Source: Cycas panzhihuaensis (lineage: Eukaryota; Plantae; Cycadophyta). Taken from it: 64,000 nucleotides of DNA. Under the pieces are notes generated by a model that saw nothing but the letters and a program-made list of their open reading frames with translations, ran no database searches and was not told where the DNA came from. The position numbers and the translations under genes were made by a program. Positions 41,940-57,340 of the stretch are shown piece after piece. The stretch spans positions 189,355,741 to 189,419,740 of the forward strand of contig CM041465.1 in the NCBI GenBank assembly GCA_023213395.1, in the 5' to 3' direction. Within the stretch, counting starts at the first letter, position 1. The number at the start of each line of letters is the position of its first letter.

Positions 41940-42819
41940 TTAGTCATCTTTAATGCTAATAAGGTGAGTTTATCTACCCCTTAATTTAGTTAGGATGGTT
42001 TTAAGGGAGAGCTCAACAAGGAATATCCTAGACAAGTACATATTGAGACTCATTATTAGACATCAAGTCTTGGACAAGTTGGTTATATTGAGTGATTAAT
42101 ACTACCAACTTCATTAGTGAAGATGAAGTAGGTTGGTTAAACAAAATGACCTAGTGAGTAGGTTGACATATGAATGGGAAAGGTAGGCCACCACCTAAAA
42201 TACCATTGCTATGATGATCATTAAGTTTAAAAGCCTAAATAGTAGTGGCCTTCATACCATTTATAAGGCTTGAATGGAAATATATATATCCATACTATTA
42301 AGCCATTTGTTTGACTTTAGAATATATGTATTGGTTTTAGGAAAAGAGTTTCAAATGGACTGCATTACTAAGACTACTAAGGAAAAGTTATTTAATATTC
42401 ATGTTCCTAAGAAGGAAAGTAAAATTCTCCATAAGTTCCTTTTTTTTTTCCTTATTTCTCTATTTAATATATCGGGTGATGGTTTCTTTCATTACTATTT
42501 ATATGAAAAAAATATATTAAGGCCATTATCTTCCTCCTTGGGAAGTATAAATTATTTTAGAAATCGTTCAAACAACTCGTTTATGTCATTGGTAGAATGA
42601 GTAGATAACTTATCATATAATCGTATACTAGCCTTATCCAAGATAGTGTGGAGGAATAATTAAATTTGAATAATATCATAATAGGTTTATGCAATAATGA
42701 GAAAAGCATCAATATGCTTCTTAGGATCTTTACCAAGTCTTACATAAAACTTGGGCAAGTCTAAGGGGATGTATATAATATCTACTATAGATATTAGAAT
42801 AACTAGGGGAGAAGTCCTT
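41940..42819 (-). pseudogene. Element L: non-chromovirus-like Gypsy (Tat/Athila-type) gag relic; host of J and M, leader continuing 57123-57340 and 62595-about 62720
   Basis: LDLPKFY...DPKKHIDAFL, FLHTILDKAS...INELFERFLK and KETITRYIK motifs of retrotransposon gag. TSDs of J and M show that the flanks are contiguous. Confidence 0.6.
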
Positions 42820-43599
42820 TGTTATGATCCACCTCACAAATATCACAACAAGTTGATAACAAGAGAGCACAAATGGAACTTTTATTAATATAGCAATATA
42901 AATTACATCTAGATCATAGGAGAGCTCAATGGATACCAAAAATGACATATGATAGTAAAATCTTTATAAGAGGAAATGGTCATATAAGTCATTACTTTAC
43001 AAATGTGAGGCATTAAATAGTCAAAAGTGATCATTAACTCCTAACATCCTATTAGTAGTCCATGTTTCCTTTGATCCCATTAGTAGATATATGCAGCCCG
43101 TGCATACTTATCAATGATTGTCCTTAACCCATACCACCATAATCGTATGGATAGTTACTCATGTGTTACACCTTAGAGGGTTACGCAACAAGTCCCCCCC
43201 TTTGAGATGATGAGTCCTCAAAGCACAGAAGATGAAAATGTTATTTGATGAAGTTGTTAGATTCCCATATGGCTTCCTAAGGTGTATAGACAACCCACTG
43301 CACTAGGTACTCAGAAATGGTTCTATTCCTAAGATAGTGGTGTCAAGTTTTTAGAATTTATATTAGAGGAGCTGTAAGGATTTCTTCTTCTTAAAGAGCA
43401 GGAAGGGTTGTTTAAGGTGTGATGGACTTCCCCATATGTTTTTTTAGGCAAGATACATGGAAGACAGTATGGATCTTTGTCTCAAGGGGAAAGGGTAAGG
43501 TCATAGGCAGTTGTACCAATTCATTGAGTAATTCTATAGAGACCATAATATCAAGGACTTAACTTGTGCTTCTCATTATAATGGAGAGATTGTTGCTTG

Positions 43600-46500
43600 T
43601 GTTAGGTGAAGGATCTAGTTGCCATAATCTACTACACTAAAGCAATGACATATAATAAGAGAAAAATAGAGAGAATAAGATTGAAAGAGAAAATGATAGG
43701 TGAGAATTATGACTCTACCTTACACATTTAGCCTTATATATAGGAGGATGTATATTAGGGTTCCTAAAGGAGTTTCCTGCTTAATGGCATGATCCTAAAA
43801 TTATACTTAAATATAAATGAAATTACATTTAAATATGTGACTTAGCTAACCTAAAGTCACCTTCATATTATTAATCGAATGACCTTGATGTATTAACATC
43901 CATTAATCCCCCCTTAGTGATAAAAGGTCATTATGATAAAATCTATTCTATGAGGTCCTTATTTGAGCCTCATTATTACATTGACACTTTTATGGGAAAA
44001 CTATCATGGGAAATAAAACCCATGAACTTTCTAAGATCTATAACCCCTTAAATTGAACTGGTTAAGGTGGATCTTAATATACCCTAATAGCCAAGTAACT
44101 TAAATGTGCATCTTAATATACTGAGTCTCCATATACCATTTGGTTATCTCCCATGCCCTTTTAGTTTTTCATAGGTTCTAATTTTCCAAGAATAGTACAA
44201 TCCTTATCCTTCCGTGCTTACAAGGGCTTTTCACAAATAGGATAGAGTAGAGACTTACTCTTATTCTTTGACACTCACAAGGGATTTTCATGAATGGAAT
44301 AGAGTATGATGATCCTATTATCATCTCCTCCAATCAGTTAAAGATAGAGGCTTGAAGGCCGATCTGCCTATGGAACTGTTCAAACTTCACCCTTTGTAGT
44401 AGTTTGGTAAAGATATCAACCACTTAATCTGCTATGGGATAGTACTCGAGTTGAATTATGTCATCGTAAACTAGTTCTTGAATCATGTGGAATTTTGTAC
44501 TTATATGTTTAATATGATCATAAAATATAGGATTTTTTACCACGTGGATTACTAATTGATTATCTACACAAAGTCTAATAATACTCATTTAGGTAATATT
44601 CAATGTTTCTAATAATTTTCTAAGCCATATCACCTTCTTATTAGTCTCAGAAGTAGTAATGTATTCAACTTTGATAGTTAAATTAGTAACTATCTTCTAC
44701 TGTCTAGATCTCTACGATATTGGTGCTATTCTAAGATATGTTACGTACTTGGATATGGATCTCCTTATGTCTTTATTTCTAACAAAGTCCAAGTCTATGT
44801 ATGCATATAATTTGCACTCTGAATTAGGTTTATACAATAGGCCATATTTGTTGGTTATCTTAAGGTACCTCAACACTCACACTACTGCTTTCCAAGTGAT
44901 TCTACTTAGGATTTATCATGTAACAAGCAAGAATGCTAATAGAGTGTATAATATTAAGTCTTATATTAATGGTATAGATGAGACTACATACAAGTTGTTT
45001 GTAAAGTGTTATGTTTGCCTCTTGATCATTGTCATCAGTTATTAATTTAACATTGGATTCCATTGGAGTGGCTATAGTTTAAGCATCATCCAACTGAAAC
45101 TTTATTAGAAGATCATTGATATACTTTTCCTAAGAAAGAAATATTTTACCATCTTTATGATTGGCATCAATCCCCAAGTAGTATTTCATCAACCCAAGGT
45201 CAGATAGTTTAAACGTTTTAGCTAAGTCCTTCTTTAGCTAGTTGATTACCTATTTATTGTTCCCCATTATAAGCATATCATCTACAAAGATTAAGAGATA
45301 AGTGACTTTATGCTTTTGGCATTTGATAAATAGTGTTGTATCAATATCCTCATAGTCACAAACCTTATATCCAACTTGTCTTATTCTTTCTAACAACTTA
45401 GCGAACCAAGCATGAGGGGCTTGTTTAAAGCCATATAAGGACTTTTGGAGCCTACACACCTTATGCTCTAGACTAACAATCTCAAATCCTTTAGGCTGAG
45501 TCATATAGACTTCTTCTTTAAGATCACCATTAAGAAATGTAATTTTTACACTAAGCTAGTGAATATTTCAGCCCTGTTGAGCTGCCAAAGACTTAAAAGT
45601 TTTAATTATGGGCCACTTGGTGTAAAGAATTTAATGTAATCAATGCCTTCTTTTTATGTGAATCCCTTTGCTACTAACCTCACCTTATATTTTTCAAGGG
45701 TTCCATTAACTCTATATTTATTTTTGTACACCTATTTATTTCAAACTACCTTTCTTCCAAGTGGTAGGTCGACGAGATCCCATATACTATTTTTTATAAT
45801 AGATTGATACTCTTCATTCATGGCATCCCTCCAAGCTGTATGTTTCATAGCTTCTTAGTATGAGAGGTACTCTTCATTGAGAGCAAGATGCAGTTCTGTT
45901 AATTTTAAGTCAATGAAAAGTGATATTTATATCTTGGCTCTATAAGAACTTCGAGTATCAATTTTGCCCACCCTATCAAGTTATATATCTTTATTTAGTT
46001 GGCAGGCTTCATAAGAACCTCGAGTTGGGAATGAGATCTTCATTTGTCCAATTACATGGCTTTTGTTTAGATCCTACAAATTATCATTTTATATATTTAT
46101 TAATGAGGATGTTGATGCATTTGGGGAGTATAGTCCATCTGCCATTACTTTACCTTTGTTAACTCTGTTATTCTCGAATGGTGGTGTTTAATATATACTC
46201 ATTAGTTTAGAGTCATAACTACTATCCTTTATGTCTCTATTATCATATTCTAATAGTTTGAGTAATTCTAAAGTATCTCCCCCCACCAAAGTTTTGAATT
46301 TGTACATCATATTGAGTAGCGTCATAATAATGGTAGTTTGGTATTTTGAAGTCTAATTATAATAATTGATCTTTTGTTTTAGTAAACACCATGTCTCTAG
46401 TGATGATAATCTTCTACTATGAAGGTATAAAGACCTTATGCCTTTTTTTGTCCATAGGGTATCCAACAAGGATGTCTTTAAGTTCTCTCATCTAGAATTT

Positions 46501-49500
46501 ATTTCTATCTCCATCCAGTATATGGGTATAATATGTTGAGCTAAATATTTTAAAGTGATAGGTATTGGGGGCCTATCTAGTCCACTTTTCATTAGGAGAA
46601 GTTCCTCCTTTAGATAGGCTAACAGTATTCATATAATAAACAACTATCCAAATTACTTCTACCTATAGGTAAACAAGTATATTTTTATAAACTAAGTTAG
46701 CTCAATCTATATTCATAGTAGACCTATTTATGTACTTAACAACTCTATTCTATTTAGGGGTGCCTACTATTATAATATGATGCTTGATGTCATTATCTTG
46801 TAGATATGTTTTAAACTTAGTAGAGGTATATTCTCCACCATTATTTATTCAGAGACACTTAATCTAATAATATGACTCATTTTCAGTACAAGCTTTAAAA
46901 GCTTTAAAGACACCAAATGCCTCATCTTTCCTAGTTAGGAAAGCCACCCACACTTTCTTGGTAAAATCATTAATGAAGGATATGTAATATAATTTCTTCT
47001 TCAATGATGGAATAGGTATTAGTCTACATAGATATGAGTGTTCTGATTGAAGAGGATGACTTAATTTCCACTAATTATTAGTAAAGGGTTGTCTATGAGA
47101 TTTAGCTATGATATAGGCTTCACATTTAAAGAGCTTATAGGAGAAATTAGGAAGACTTGGAAGGGTGTGATGAAGATCTCTAAGTCAATTGATATGAACA
47201 TAGCCCATGTGAACATACTAAAGAACTTCTAGGGATAATTTAGTGTATGTCAAAGTGGTATTGAAAGCATAGTCTTCATCAACACAAGGGCTTTGAGCAT
47301 AGTTGGTTTAAAAGATGGGGAGCCATTCAATCTAAATAATTTACCAATAAGCACTCTAGTCAAGACCACTTGATTTGTTGGAGGGTTAATGACCTAGAGA
47401 GTTTGGTCATTTGCGATAACACTAAAATCAAATCCATGAGAGACAAGAGTGGATAAAGAGAGTAGGTTTTATTTTAGATTAGGAATATACAAGATATCAA
47501 GTAATGTAAAATCTCTCAAGCCTGAGAATTTTAGGCGTATATTTCCAATACCTTCAATTGATTATTGGGATTTATCAGCCATGTGAATGACACCATATAC
47601 ATTGAAATCAAAAGTTTGATATAGATCCTAATTGTAGGTCATATGTTATATCACTCTTGTATCCATGATCTATGAGGAGGTGTTTGAAATTATGTTATTT
47701 GTAACTCTAAGAGGGGTTTGCATTAGTGATTCAAGTTCATAAGTGGCATAGCTACAATGAGCTTCAAAATACCTCTTAGTTTAATCAAAGATTCTTCCCT
47801 TAAGTCTTTAAATATGTGCTTGAGAAAAACCTATACCACCAAATTGTTCTTCACATGTTTCATCAACATTATGAGCCTTGTATTTCTATTGAAATTTAGG
47901 CAACTTGTAGGTAGGTATACGATAGTCCTTTGTAAGGCATCCTCTCTTATTACACCTTTTGCACACAATAATCTAATCTCCAGTCCCTGAAGTACTAGTT
48001 TAGACTGACTGGCTTATATTAAAAGGTAGTGCTTGGCCTTAAGACTATGTAGTCTAATATTATTAAGAGTTCTATTGACCTTATGGTCAATTTCCTCTAC
48101 CTTGTCCTCTACCCCTTCCTCAATTATTTTCTCTACTATGAGAGGGACCATGTTTCTTTGAGAATCATACTTCTTCTTCCATATTAAAAGTTGCATCTAG
48201 AAGAAGATCTGAAGTTGTAAAATTAGTATCAAAGGTCTTATCAAATTCTATAAACTTCTTTACAAGAGCTTCAAAGTTAAGTGTCTTCAACATTCGACTT
48301 GATTAAATACTCCCAAGTAAGTTCTTATAATTAGGTATATGTAGATAGGATTGTATGAGGAATACCCATGTAATATATTAGGTCTTAAAATACTTGTCTA
48401 CTACTTGTTGGATTAGTTAAAGTAGGTTGATTGTTTCATATGCATGTCCCTTCTCCATCTTCATCTTATTCATCTTTAAGACTAGATAAACAAATTCAAA
48501 ATCAAACTTTGCATCGAAATTCTTTTTAAGAACCTCGAGGAATTTCTAGGTTATATCATATTATTCTTCATCAATTTGATTATGCAAGGAGTGATCAATC
48601 ATCAATAGAATACCTACACAAATATTTTCATCATCTATCTCATATTGTGGTTTAGTTGTAGGATCTACTGGAGTTACAAGTGTCATTACTCTATAGGCAT
48701 GTGTCATTGTTGTCATAGGGATGATAGGTGTAAGCTATAAATAGGCTCTTTAAAGGCCTTCATACTTAGCAGTATTCTTGACTCCAATATACCATAGATC
48801 CTAATTGTCTTTCCTTTTTAAGATACAATTTATATTCTACTTAAATTGAGAAGACATAGTGAAGATAATGAAGTGAAAAAGATATTGAAGAAATAGTAAA
48901 TAAAGATACCACTGACACGTGTGGCCGATACACCTGGTATAGTAGGGGAAAATATGATTTAGTAGCAAGAAATAATAATGGGCCACTAACACTTATGGAA
49001 AATACTCCTGACGTAGTAGGGTTTGATGATGTGTATAAATAGAAATGTAAGGATCACAAAGATAAATGATATATCATGTGATCATAGAATCAAGATTACA
49101 TCCATATAGAAGCTGGCATATGGGTGCATACAACTAAAAAGTAAGTGTGATGTAGGATGTGTAATCAAACCTAAACCTCTATCTTAAGTCCAAAATAGTT
49201 AAGGTATCGATGCCTAAGGGGGATTCTAGTATACGTATTAGGGCCTTCACCTATGATACTTGCACCTGAGCTTGGTGATGAAATCCAAGTCATAGTGGAG
49301 CCTAGGTACTCCCAGTCCTCACCTAGTTCACCAGTGAATAACTATATACCTCCTATGAAGTGTCAAATAGTACATGTATATCTCATAACTATGACAGATA
49401 TTAAATAGTATATATTTTAATTTTGATTAATTTTTTTTAGTTTTCCTAGATGATTATCAGGATTATCCCTAATTAGAGGCCACACGTATAGTTAACATGT

Positions 49501-51367
49501 CCCTCCACCACTATTTTAGTTAAGACTAGACCCAGTATGAAACTCACACCTCCCTAAGGGTCCAAACTTTAACCAATCATGGTCTATTTCAACCAAGGCA
49601 AGTGTGCACAAAAGTCAAGAACTGGGGGTATAGGTCATATAAATAAGATTCCTTTTACGAATAGTATAAGTTGTTTCCAAATAACTTGAACTAAAAACTG
49701 AAATAGAAATATGCAAATGTGCTTGTTTGCCTTTCGTGCTTACTTTTTCTTGTTGTTACTTTATGTATTATTTTATGCTATGTGCGGAAATAGAAAGAGC
49801 ATACTAGATTTAGAAGGGGAACCAAATGTTGCTTCTAATCTAAGGTTTCCCTTACTTTGGTACAATGTTTCTAAATATACTTCTAGAATTTTTAATATAA
49901 AATCTATAAAGGGCCAAAAAGGTGACCAACTTTCCACTAAAATATTAATTTTTCTAAATCTAAAAGCATGCTAATTTTACCATATTTTATGATTTTATTT
50001 CATAAAATTTATAAATAATAATAAATGGGTAAAATCTTCTAAAAATTATAAATATAGAGGCCTCAATGATGGAATTTAAATTTCTAATAAAAGAGAAAAA
50101 TGTTTATAATGTCATTTTTTATAAGATAGTGAAGTCAGATTTCTAAAAAGACATAAAATATTTTTGCTTGAAAAAAGCACAAAAGTATAATATTGCCACA
50201 TTCACTGTCTCAGAATCTAAACTTTAATATGTAAAAATCTTTTTCTTCATACGTACATCAAATTTTTTTCTTCTATAGTAACTCTAAAAATGACCAAGAA
50301 ACTACCTACAATGCCCTTGAAATGTTTTCTATAGAGTTAAATGGGTAGATTCAGCATCCATAAAAAAACTACAAAGATCTCATTAATCAATGGATAAAAT
50401 TTAATGAGATTTATCTCAAAATTATCTTAAGGCATAAATCTACTAGATCCCTCAAAAAAGTTTTAGATTTTTAACTCATATTTAAAGGATTTCATTAAGA
50501 AAAGTGCCCTAGATCACTTATCGATGAATTTTAAACTTTTCTAGAAAAAATTACACTTAAACCTCAATGAAACTTAATGAGAATAAATCCAAAATGTATG
50601 TTTTGCCTAGATTTACTAAACCCCCTAAAGAGTTTTAGCATAAATCAATTAGATCTAAAGAAATTTATAATAGATCATCTATATAGGTAAAAATAATGTT
50701 TTAACTAGAACTGGCTATTGTAGGTTGACTTTGAAGATGCTCTAGAAGACAAAAATGACCCTTTTAGTTGGGAAACCCTAGATGTTAAATTTTATCAAAA
50801 TCTAAGATTGTCAATTTTTTTATAAAATTACCTTCAATGTAGTTTGAAGTTATTTTAGCAACTAAACAACTTCAAAAATTAGCCCTTTTCACCTCTAAAA
50901 TTTCACATATAACATATAAAATAATATAATTTTAAACTATCTAATTTAAAATATGGTTCTTAAATAAGCCCTCAAGCTCACATGAATTGTGAGTGAAAGG
51001 TATTAATGGCTTCGTACAAGCCTAGTGGGAAAATGTTGTTAACAATGGCTCTGATACTAGTTGTTGGGTGAAGAATCTAGTTGCCACAATATACTACACT
51101 AAAGTAATGGCACATAATAAGAGCAAAATGGAGGGAATAAGATTTAGAGTGAAAATAAGAGATGAGAATCTTGACTCTTCCTTTCACATTCAGCCTTATA
51201 TATCAAAGGATGTATATTAGGGTTTCTGAAGGAGTTTCCCGCCTAATGAGATGATCTATAAATTACACTTAAATATAAATGAAATTATATTTAACTATGT
51301 GATTTAGCTAACCTAAAGCCACCTTCATATAATTAATCTAATGATCTTTATACATTAACATCCATTA
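43600..51367 (-). mobile_element. Element K: full-length decayed Ty1/Copia nested in the integrase of J
   Basis: LTRs 43600-43905 and 51062-51367. Perfect TSD GCTTG (43595-43599, 51368-51372). PPT complement ATCCCCCCTT at 43906. PBS complement GCTCTGATACTA at 51048-51059. Confidence 0.95.
44360..48857 (-). pseudogene. Copia gag-pol of K, disrupted
   Basis: ATG at 48857. RT fragment MTQPKGF...LQKSLYGFKQAPHAWF...LIFVDDMLI (ORF 45250-45504). Integrase at about 46380-47250. RNase H at about 44370-44800. Confidence 0.9.
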
Positions 51368-54300
51368 GCTTGTAAGGTTAGGTAAAGAAAAAATAAGTCA
51401 CGTACTTCAAATAATTAATAAGAGCGATGGCAATATGTAAGTTACTCCATTCAATTTTGCACAATGGTTAGGTTTTATTTAAGGGTATACAAAATATATC
51501 CATGCTAGATAGTATTTATCACACCCCAAAAGTGTAAAAATTGGTGTCCAATATATGGCGGGATGGTAAGAGATATCCATATAGAGCCATGAATGAAGCC
51601 ATTCCATTTACAAAGTGATAGGAAGAATTGTACCAATATTCTGTTAGGTCTAACTAAGAAGTCCATTAACATTAGTGTTATGAGGTAAAGTGATAGAGAT
51701 ATATCTCTAAGGTTTTATTGAGGATTTCAGGTTGTCCATTTATTTGGGGGTGATAGGATGAGCTCATATAGAGAGATGTTCTTAATGCATGAATAGTTCT
51801 TACTAAAATAAGCTTATAAATTTGGGATCTTTATCAGATATGATGGTGGATGGTAAGTTGTGGAGGTGAGAGATGAATTAGATGTAGAGTTTAGCTAAAC
51901 AAAGGACTTTGTAAGTAGTATAAACAGGGAGGAAATGGGCATATTTAGTTAGGTGATCAATGATGACCCAAATGGAGTCATGCCCAACTAATAGCAGGAG
52001 TCCCATGAGGAAGTCCATGGCACTGTCTCACTATTTACCTTGAGGGATTTTTAGGGGTTAAATTAGTTCAAGGTAGCCTTTAGTATCTACCTTATTACAT
52101 TAGTAGGTATTAAATTTAGAGATGCATATGAGAATGATAGAAATTTATACAAGGCTAGTAGAAATCAAACCAAATGTAATGATATATTTTGTCTAATCTT
52201 GAGTAGCCTCCAAGAGGGGTATTATGATATTTAGATAGGATGCAAGTAATAAATGCGGAAGCAAGGTATATAAATGTGTAATTCTAATAAAGAAGATAGT
52301 TATTGTGTAGGCTCTAATATTTTTCGTTCTGAACCTTATTAGCCTAAGTGGAAAAATTTGGTTGAGCTTTATTGGTCTCAGTTAAGTTATGGAGCCAAGA
52401 AGGTTTAGGTGTAGAGATGGCTTAGATGGATGGTTCAATGGGTAGTCAAGAAAAAGCATCCATGATGGCATTGTCCTTACCTTTCTTATATAAGATGGAA
52501 AAGTCAAAAATCTATAATCAATTATCTTATTTAGCTTATTCTTTCAATAAAATTGGTTGATTGAGTAGACAACGGAGACTATAATGGTTTGTCAAAATAA
52601 TAAATTTAGAGCCAAGAAAATATTGGCACTACTTATTGACTGCATATAAGATGGCCCTCATTTCTTTTTGGTAAGTAGAAATCCAACACTCATGTTCTTT
52701 GAGTTTCTAACTTTCAAATATAATGGGGTGAAAGTTTTGCATGAAGATGACCCCTAGCCCCACTTTGGATGCATCATATTCTAAGTGGAATGGTTATGAG
52801 AAGTCGAGGGTGATAAGTATGATTATAGTTATCATGAGTTCTTTCAAAAGATTAAAGGTATCCTTACTACTCAAAGACTACTAAAAGGAGTCCTTAAGGA
52901 GTAGGTTGATCAAGCGGGTGGCTATGGACATAGATTTTAACAAAGTAATGATAGAAACTTGTTAGTCTTAGAAAGGCCTATAAGTAGATTAGGTTCTTTA
53001 GGATGGACCACTATATGATAATTGATATTTTATTGGGATTGACTCATACTCCAACCATATAGAATATGTTCCCTAATTATTGCAATTTAATGTTTTAAAA
53101 TTCACACTTTGACATCTTTACATATGACTAGTTTTAAACTAGGAATGAAATGGCAATTTCTAAATATTGGAGATCTAGGGTCATGTTGGTACTATAAATT
53201 AATATTTCATCAAAGAAGATAATAATAAACTTATGAAGGTAGGGAGAAAAAGTTTTATTCAGTAAAGCTTGAAAGGTGGCCAGAGCATTTCATATCAACC
53301 AAATGGCATAACCTTGAATTTAAAGTGGTCATGATGAGTTTAAAAGGTAGTTTTGTGCCTATGCTTGAGGGCTATTGATATTTAATAATAGCTAGATTAT
53401 AAGTCCAATTTAAAAAATATTGTAGCCTAATGGATTTCATCTAGCATATCATTAATTTGAATGGTGGGAAACTTATTCTTAATAGTCAATTTATCAAGCT
53501 CCCTATAGTCAACATAAAGGTGGAATGAACAGTCTCTTTTTAAGACTAGCATGATGGGGGTTGTATAAGGGCTTTTAATTGGTTGTATGATACCAATATC
53601 TATTAATTTATTAGTGATTCACCTGATCTCATTCTTTTTAAAATAAGAGTTTAAATATGGGCATAGGTTAATCAAATTATGAGGAGTTTTAAGGTCAATC
53701 GTATGATAAAATACATGATTGAGAGGGAGGGCCACTAGGTAGGGGGAGGAAAACTAATTAGTATTAGGTAACAATTAAGTGAATGTCTAAGCTTACTTTA
53801 GATTGTGGTTGATTGTTATTAATGTACATGATATATATGATACTCCTTTTGAGTTGCTTACTCATTTGTTTAGGAGAAATGAGGTTGTTATATAGGGATT
53901 GAGGGTCAAAGAGTTTATGGGTTTAACTATAGTAGTCTTTAAACATTATGAATGGGTTCTTAGGGGAGTTATTCATACTATAAGTTCCCAATGTTTAGAG
54001 CCATTAGATCCCCTAAAAGATATAGCATAAAAGTTTGACTAGAGTTTATAGATGCTAATTTAGACTTGAAGGTTATGAATGGTACTTACAAAATGGAGGG
54101 AGTAGTGGTTGGGGAGAGAATAATTAAATCTTATTTTTGGTTCAATATAAAGATCTAATTATTTGGCTATAATAATATTAATGAAGTTTAAGGATGTACC
54201 ACCATCTATCAAAATTATTATGAAGGTTTTTCTTAAAGTCCATCTTACACATAATGAATCGAGACATGTAGAAGAGGAAACAATAGATAGGTTGCATTGG

Positions 54301-57300
54301 GTTTAGGGTCTAGAGATGGTGTGGGTTCCATGGTTAGCTCTTCTTCAAGTTCAACATCAAATTCTATGTTAAGGTTAATGGCAAAGATAAATCTTTTAGC
54401 TTTATAGATGTGATTATATCCAAGGAACCATTTTTCTACATATTGCGAATAGAGACTAGCTTCTTGATGCTTGTGCACCTTAGAGAAAGGTATTGATATT
54501 TATGTTGATGGTTATTCTATGGAAGGATATTCAACTAAATAGTCTAGTACTTGGTGAGGAAGTTCTTCTACTTGAATCCTTGGAGGTCTATTGGGTTTTA
54601 TAGGCCTTTCGTTAGTGAACTATAGTGTGTCCCATCTAATCTCAAATGCTCTCTCTATTGCAAACTCAGATTTGATGGATTTGGTATGATTGATAGAGCC
54701 ACAAAGGTTAGGAGGCTGGTTGGTCTTCAACCTTTTTTAGATTTTATCAATAAGACCAACTATATAGATTTCAACCAATGATTGTTTATCTAAGTATTAA
54801 CTGACTTAAGTCTTGATTACTTAAAACTGATCTATGTTGGCCTTAAATGTCATGGTTTGTTAGAGTTATATTAATTAGTTGAAGAATGATTAGTTCCAAG
54901 TTTCTTCATATTACTCAAAGCAACATTTACAGACGTGATCCCACGTGAGTCCACCATCTATACCAATGGTGGGATTTACCTTCTAAGTGAATAAACACAA
55001 AAGTTAGTTGATAAACTTTAAACATTTGGTTGACTGCAAAGTAGGAGTCTAATTTATTAACCTAATCGTGAGTTACATCCTTATTGAGATTAGGGTTAAA
55101 AACTAGTATATTAATCTTATGATTAAATGAAGGTTAGCATGAAGCTTAAGGGGGTGGGTTTCCTCCTTAGGATGCTCTACTTTATGATGTATTGGATGAG
55201 TTAGAGTTCATCACGAAGATAAAGTTAGAGAGTTGAGTACTAATAGATATGACTTAAGTGCTAAGAGATGAGACCTGCTTAGTGAGGTTTACAATGTCTA
55301 GCATTATAATGGTTGAGTTATATTACATGTTGATAATTTAAGTTTCCAAAGAAAAAAGGCATTTAGATTGACTCATTATGAAAGCAGTCTTAACAAGGTG
55401 TAAAAGAGCAAGAAGAAGGGAATACAAGAAGTGGAAGAGATAGGAAGAATGGATGTGAAAGGAGCAAGGATATATAAAGGGATAAAGAGAGAGGAGGGAA
55501 TAAGGTGCAGGGTGATTATAGGCTTTTGACCCTAAAAATTATGAAAGAAAATCACCTAGTTCTTATGAACAAGAACAACAAGCTCCTTTAAATGATACAG
55601 GTAGGTAGAAATTGAAATTTTGGGCTAATGGAACTCACGTGGTGCATGTAGGCCAGTTTTTCTCAAAATTGACTATTGAAATTAACCTAGTGAACTTTGA
55701 TCATTATGAGATGTTGATCGAAATAAGATATATGAATTGATAGGATTAATTTTTGAGTTGTGATTTTTTTTTTAATGATGAATCTAATAGTACAAGTCTC
55801 ATTTAAATTTGAGGAGTATTGGTGAAGTTATAGCCCTTTCTTATCTCTTTGCTTTTGACTTGGTGGATTATGATGAGTTTTGGTTATTTGTTATTCTAAA
55901 AGGAAACCTTAAGAGCTAGGCTATATAAGTTGTTAGATATTCTCTGTTTAGATGTTCTTATTATTACCCAGAGGGCTAACATTTTTTGTAGTACTACTAT
56001 CTATGTAAGAGTGTTATTGATGTAGTAATGACTCAGAATAGTAGACTTATCACTATTCTTAGCTTTAATTGGTAGGAGTGTAGTGGACATAGGAGTTACG
56101 TATGAGGTATTTATATTAGAAAAGATTGCAGGGGTGCATGGAACCTATTAAACATTAACAAGGGAGTGTTTCACACTATAGGCCCTATGATAAACTTCTA
56201 TATTATTAATGTAGCTTGATCCAATATTTTAGGGTATTACCTATGAAGAAAAGACCATCCCCGTAAGGTCTACAACCATGTAGAGGTATTTGTACAAAGT
56301 ATCTTCTAAGCACTAACAAGTAACCTGTGTATCATAAGGGAATAAGAAACCAAAGGTTTAACTATTTTAAGATGAAGAGGAAGTCTATAGCAATCCTCTT
56401 CTATAATCAATGGTACATGAAGGCATGAGTCCATAGCTAGGTTTTATCTGAGGTTTGGGTATTAGTGAGTTTACACCTCACTTCACACAACAACATATAC
56501 CTAATTATGTTGTGATTTTTATAGACCCCCAACATAGGGTCTCTATTTAGACTCTAAGGAAGTGAGGGTGGGATTTATTGTCATAGGGAGGTATTGCCTA
56601 CTTGTAGTAATTATTAAAACTACACAAAATAGAATTTTTTTTTTAATGTAGGGAAAGGGTTTAAAAAAACATAGATGGAGAAGGAATCCCCTTTCTTTGT
56701 AATTGTTGGATCTTCCTATTAGGTTACTATAACCATGCTATGATGCCACTTCTTATGATCCACCTCGTAAATATCACACCAAATTAATAACAAGAGAGCA
56801 TAAATAGAACTTTTATTAATACAACAATAGAAATTGTATTCAAATTGTAGGATAACTCAATGGACACTGAAAGAAGACATATAAGAGTATAATGTTTATA
56901 AGAGGAAATGATTGTATAAGTCCTTTCTTTACAAATGTAAGGCCTTAAATAGAAAAAAGTGGTCATTAAATCCTAACATCTTATTGGTAGCCCATAGGGC
57001 CTTTGATCCTATTAGTGGAGGTATGCAGCCTGTGCACACCTATTAATGATTGCCTTTAACCCATACTACCATAACCATGTAGTTAGTTGTTTATGCGTTA
57101 CACCTTAGAGGGTTACATAATATCCTTACTTAGTTGAGATAGAAATATCTATGAAGGGGTTATTGATAAAGTGGTCATGGGTATTGAGCCCATAATGATG
57201 ATAAGACTCTATGATAAATGCATAATTTAATGGTTTGATTATTCAGTAAATAAGTACTAGATAACAAATAAGACTTGCAACAAAACAAATATTCAATACC

Positions 57301-57340
57301 AATATTTAATTAGGGTAAAGTATGATAATGAACAATAATA

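Larger units (their letters stand above)
42820..57122 (-). mobile_element. Element J: full-length decayed Gypsy chromovirus, interrupted by K; related to H/N
   Basis: LTRs 42820-43190 and 56751-57122. Perfect TSD TCCTT (42815-42819, 57123-57127). PPT complement CCCCCCCTTT after 43190. PBS complement GCTATGATGCCA at 56737-56748. Chromodomain EYLVQWVVYTP*EAIWE at about 43262-43313. IN, RH, RT, PR (ILIDGGTSLNFI at about 54180-54216) and gag lie in 51368-about 55330. Confidence 0.95.
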
